IMG/VR virus record: IMGVR_UViG_3300029587_000019
Coordinates: 1-40,932 of that record
Source: a virus
Reading direction: 5' to 3' (one strand)
DNA length: 40,932 nt
Below, one piece after another: positions 39,106 to 40,932 of the stretch. Numbering within the stretch: the first letter of the stretch is position 1; every line of letters starts with the position of its first letter. A program made the position numbers and the translations under genes. The notes beneath the pieces were generated by a model. The model saw nothing but the letters and a program-made list of their open reading frames with translations. It ran no database searches and was not told where the DNA came from.

Positions 39106-39729
39106 TCAGTTGTTTTCGCTTGCCATCAGATCGGCAAGCGCTTTCTGGCGCTCCGCCGTAGACATCACATAGCGGCCCTTATCGTCCTTCTTATAGATGT
39201 CCTCGCGGGTCTTCGCGCCACCGGTGTTCGCCGGGGGATTGGCAGGATTCGCACCGTGCGTCTGCGTGGTGGAGACAAGCCCCTTGTAGGTGCCGTTTAC
39301 GAGTGCATCAAGGCTCTTAGTGTCCTTGATCTTCTCGCCGTCCAGCTCCAATGCGGCCATTTCTTCGCCGCAGCCACGCATGGCAAGGTCCAAATTTGCG
39401 CCGGTGATGTTTTTGCTCTCAAAGTAAGCGCGCACGGCCTTTTCCTTTGCCGCCTTGCTTTCCTTTGCCGTGACGTCGGATTTGTAAGTTTCAAAGGCCG
39501 AGTGTTCCTTCTCGTACTTTTCCTTATAGCCGCCGTCACCCGCTGCCTTGAGGTCGTCCAATTCCTTCTGGACGCTGGGCAGCTTCTCCGCGTCCGCCTT
39601 GTACTTCGTGAGATCGTCCTTGAGGGGGTCAACCACGCCCAGATGCAGCGCAACCAAGCGATTTTCGATCTCTTCGGTGCAAGCTTCGCCGAGAATATTT
39701 CTAATTTCCGCTCTCGTAAATTTCGCCAT
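39106..39729 (-). CDS. Scaffolding protein
   Basis: 207 aa, charged helical (KDDLTKYKADAEKLPSVQKELDDLKAAG). RBS AAGGAAAAGGAG. Confidence 0.75.
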   Translation of the reverse strand: MAKFTRAEIRNILGEACTEEIENRLVALHLGVVDPLKDDLTKYKADAEKLPSVQKELDDLKAAGDGGYKEKYEKEHSAFETYKSDVTAKESKAAKEKAVRAYFESKNITGANLDLAMRGCGEEMAALELDGEKIKDTKSLDALVNGTYKGLVSTTQTHGANPANPPANTGGAKTREDIYKKDDKGRYVMSTAERQKALADLMASENN

Positions 39730-39812
39730 GTTATTCGTTCTCCTTTTCCTTGGCCCCAATTCTTCGGGGGCGAACGTTGTATAAAAACCGCTGTACCTCG
39801 CGGGTTTTACCT

Positions 39813-39856
39813 AAAACAAAAGAGCCAACCACCGAGAAAAACTCGGTAGCTGGCTC
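39813..39856 (-). terminator. Strong rho-independent terminator
   Basis: Minus strand: GAGCCAGCTACCGAG-ttttt-CTCGGTGGTTGGCTC-TTTTGTTTT (15-bp stem including 2 G-U pairs). Confidence 0.8.
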
Positions 39857-39879
39857 CTATTGCCCTTTTCCGCGCCCTA

Positions 39880-40011
39880 TTACGCGGAAGTTGAATATTT
39901 GATTGTCTTTTTTACCTCTAACACGATATACCCGTCGCCCTTGCGCCGGATCTCCGCGTCATTGCCGCGCCGTATAATGGCCTCGATGGCCTTGATGGTC
40001 TCGTTATCCAT
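39880..40011 (-). CDS. Tiny ORF (43 aa), uncertain
   Basis: MDNETIKAIEAIIRRGNDAEIRRKGDGYIVLEVKK. Confidence 0.35.
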   Translation of the reverse strand: MDNETIKAIEAIIRRGNDAEIRRKGDGYIVLEVKKTIKYSTSA

Positions 40012-40105
40012 TTTTTAGCTCGCTTTCCAAAATGTCCCGATACTGTGCGGCATGATCGGCGGCAGCAGGTTTCAGAAACGGCTGCGGTTTATTACCGTGG
40101 ATCAT
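40004..40105 (-). CDS. Tiny ORF (33 aa), uncertain
   Basis: Hand translation only. Weak signals. Confidence 0.2.
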   Translation of the reverse strand: MIHGNKPQPFLKPAAADHAAQYRDILESELKNG

Positions 40106-40116
40106 GTGCCAGTTGC

Positions 40117-40785
40117 CTACGGGTTGAATAAATCATCTATGCTGATAAACTCATGCAATTTGTATCGAGAATGTATCTTTATAGGGTCGAGTTGGAATAT
40201 CTCACACCACTCCGTAAGGGTCTTTGTAGCGTTCCCGATTTTGATATTGACGTTTGTACTCCGGTTATTGCACTGTTCTTTAACCGTGGACCACCGGCAA
40301 TTATCAGGGCAATAGTCACCATCGTTGTCAATGCGGTCAATGGTCAAATCATCCTGATATCCGTGGGACATGGCCCAATCATGGAACGCAATAAAATCAG
40401 AACGCCATTCCTCGCATACCTTTATGCCACGTCCGCCGTATCTGTCGTATCGTGCATCATGTTCATTATAACACCTTGCTTTCATGTTTTGCCAGATGTT
40501 GTAAATCCTTGTTCCCCCAACCTTAAATCCGGTCTCTGCAAACTTCCTGCGCCCATCGCCCAAGATAAGGTTTTTCTTATCCTGTTCCTTTTTCAAGCAA
40601 CCACAAGAGCGAATTGCGCCGCATTGCAGGCTATCAGAACGAACAATTTTCACATTTCCACAGTCACACTGACAGACCCAATAGGTTTTTCGCGTTTCCG
40701 TTGGATGCAGACCGACTACAACCAATCTGCCAAATCTCTGCCCAGTTAAATCCTTGATGTTTTTGTTGTTTTTCATCGTTCCCAC
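40117..40785 (-). CDS. HNH-type endonuclease-like protein with an N-terminal Cys-rich module. Lower GC by eye.
   Basis: LTGQRFGRLVVV...WVCQCDCGN...SCGC; YGGRGIKVCEEW; TIDRIDNDGDYCPDNCRWSTVKEQCNNR. Confidence 0.7.
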   Translation of the reverse strand: MGTMKNNKNIKDLTGQRFGRLVVVGLHPTETRKTYWVCQCDCGNVKIVRSDSLQCGAIRSCGCLKKEQDKKNLILGDGRRKFAETGFKVGGTRIYNIWQNMKARCYNEHDARYDRYGGRGIKVCEEWRSDFIAFHDWAMSHGYQDDLTIDRIDNDGDYCPDNCRWSTVKEQCNNRSTNVNIKIGNATKTLTEWCEIFQLDPIKIHSRYKLHEFISIDDLFNP

Positions 40786-40794
40786 CTCGAATAT

Positions 40795-40823
40795 ATTGTA
40801 CCATATTCGGGCAGAAATGTCAA
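40795..40823 (-). promoter_or_regulatory. Consensus-like promoter (TTGACA-17-TACAAT on the minus strand) directly upstream of the HNH-type gene
   Basis: -35 is the reverse complement of 40818-40823 and -10 of 40795-40800. The -35 overlaps the stop codon of the gp10-like gene. Confidence 0.6.
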
Positions 40824-40932
40824 CGTTTTAACTCAGATTCTATGATTTGTTTGTACTGGCTCAAATGGTCCGCTGCAGATGGCTTTAGGTATGGTTGGGC
40901 ACGTTGCCCATGCGTAAGGTGAAATTGTCCCT
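40820..40932 (-). pseudogene. 3' end of the HK97 gp10-like gene in its second frame (...KPSAADHLSQYKQIIESELKR*), crossing the circular junction
   Basis: Hand translation of the -1 frame. Stop TGA at 40822..40820. Confidence 0.55.
40834..40932. repeat. Second copy of the 99-bp terminal repeat
   Basis: Identical to 1-99. Confidence 0.95.

Noticed and set aside
1-40932. Reverse transcriptase elements (DGR, retron), CRISPR arrays, transposases and canonical defence systems
   Set aside because: No RT-like, Cas-like or transposase-like ORF and no spacer-repeat array was seen in any frame of the ORF track or in my reading of the intergenic regions.

Overview
The window is a complete temperate siphovirus-type phage or prophage genome. 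Bases 1-99 are identical to 40834-40932, so the unique circle is 40833 bp. The gene style suggests a high-GC Firmicutes or Clostridia-like host, but that is inference only. Almost all genes are on the minus strand. Following the minus strand around the circle: Cro-like repressor (18865), then an early, recombination and replication module with Rad52-like annealase, NinB-like protein, SSB, replisome organizer, RusA, a DNA methyltransferase, ASCH and Lar-like proteins. Next come three small HTH regulators (8465-7838), then an ~850-bp ORF-free, hairpin-dense segment containing a tRNA-like element (7837-6989). After that: a DUF2829/Tad2-like gene, a ParB-methyltransferase fusion, terS, terL, portal, and a MuF head protein with an extra C-terminal PD-(D/E)xK-like domain. 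A frame-broken HK97 gp10-like gene crosses the window junction and is followed by a self-contained HNH-type cassette. The structural genes continue with scaffold, major capsid, neck genes (interrupted by a low-GC HAD-like gene), major tail, chaperones, tape measure, Dit, Tal, a collagen-like fibre, holins and two lysins. Plus-strand genes are the lysogeny module (CI-like repressor, DUF2513, Zn-ribbon protein, membrane-anchored XRE protein, large serine recombinase at 19266-22834) and a four-gene cassette (26261-27145). The items most worth follow-up are: (1) the ORF-free structured region with a tRNA-like element that lacks a canonical anticodon arm; (2) a ~420-bp strand-asymmetric degenerate repeat array (17610-18028) downstream of an unassigned early protein; (3) the immunity region, with face-to-face promoters plus a promoter-terminator cassette flanked by perfect 15-bp inverted repeats; (4) an eight-gene accessory island (22905-26077) with a Gly/Cys-rich membrane protein and a jelly-roll-like protein, controlled from a divergent region with four 11-bp phased repeats; (5) the MuF-nuclease fusion with no immunity gene. 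All family assignments are by-eye motif recognition. No searches were run.
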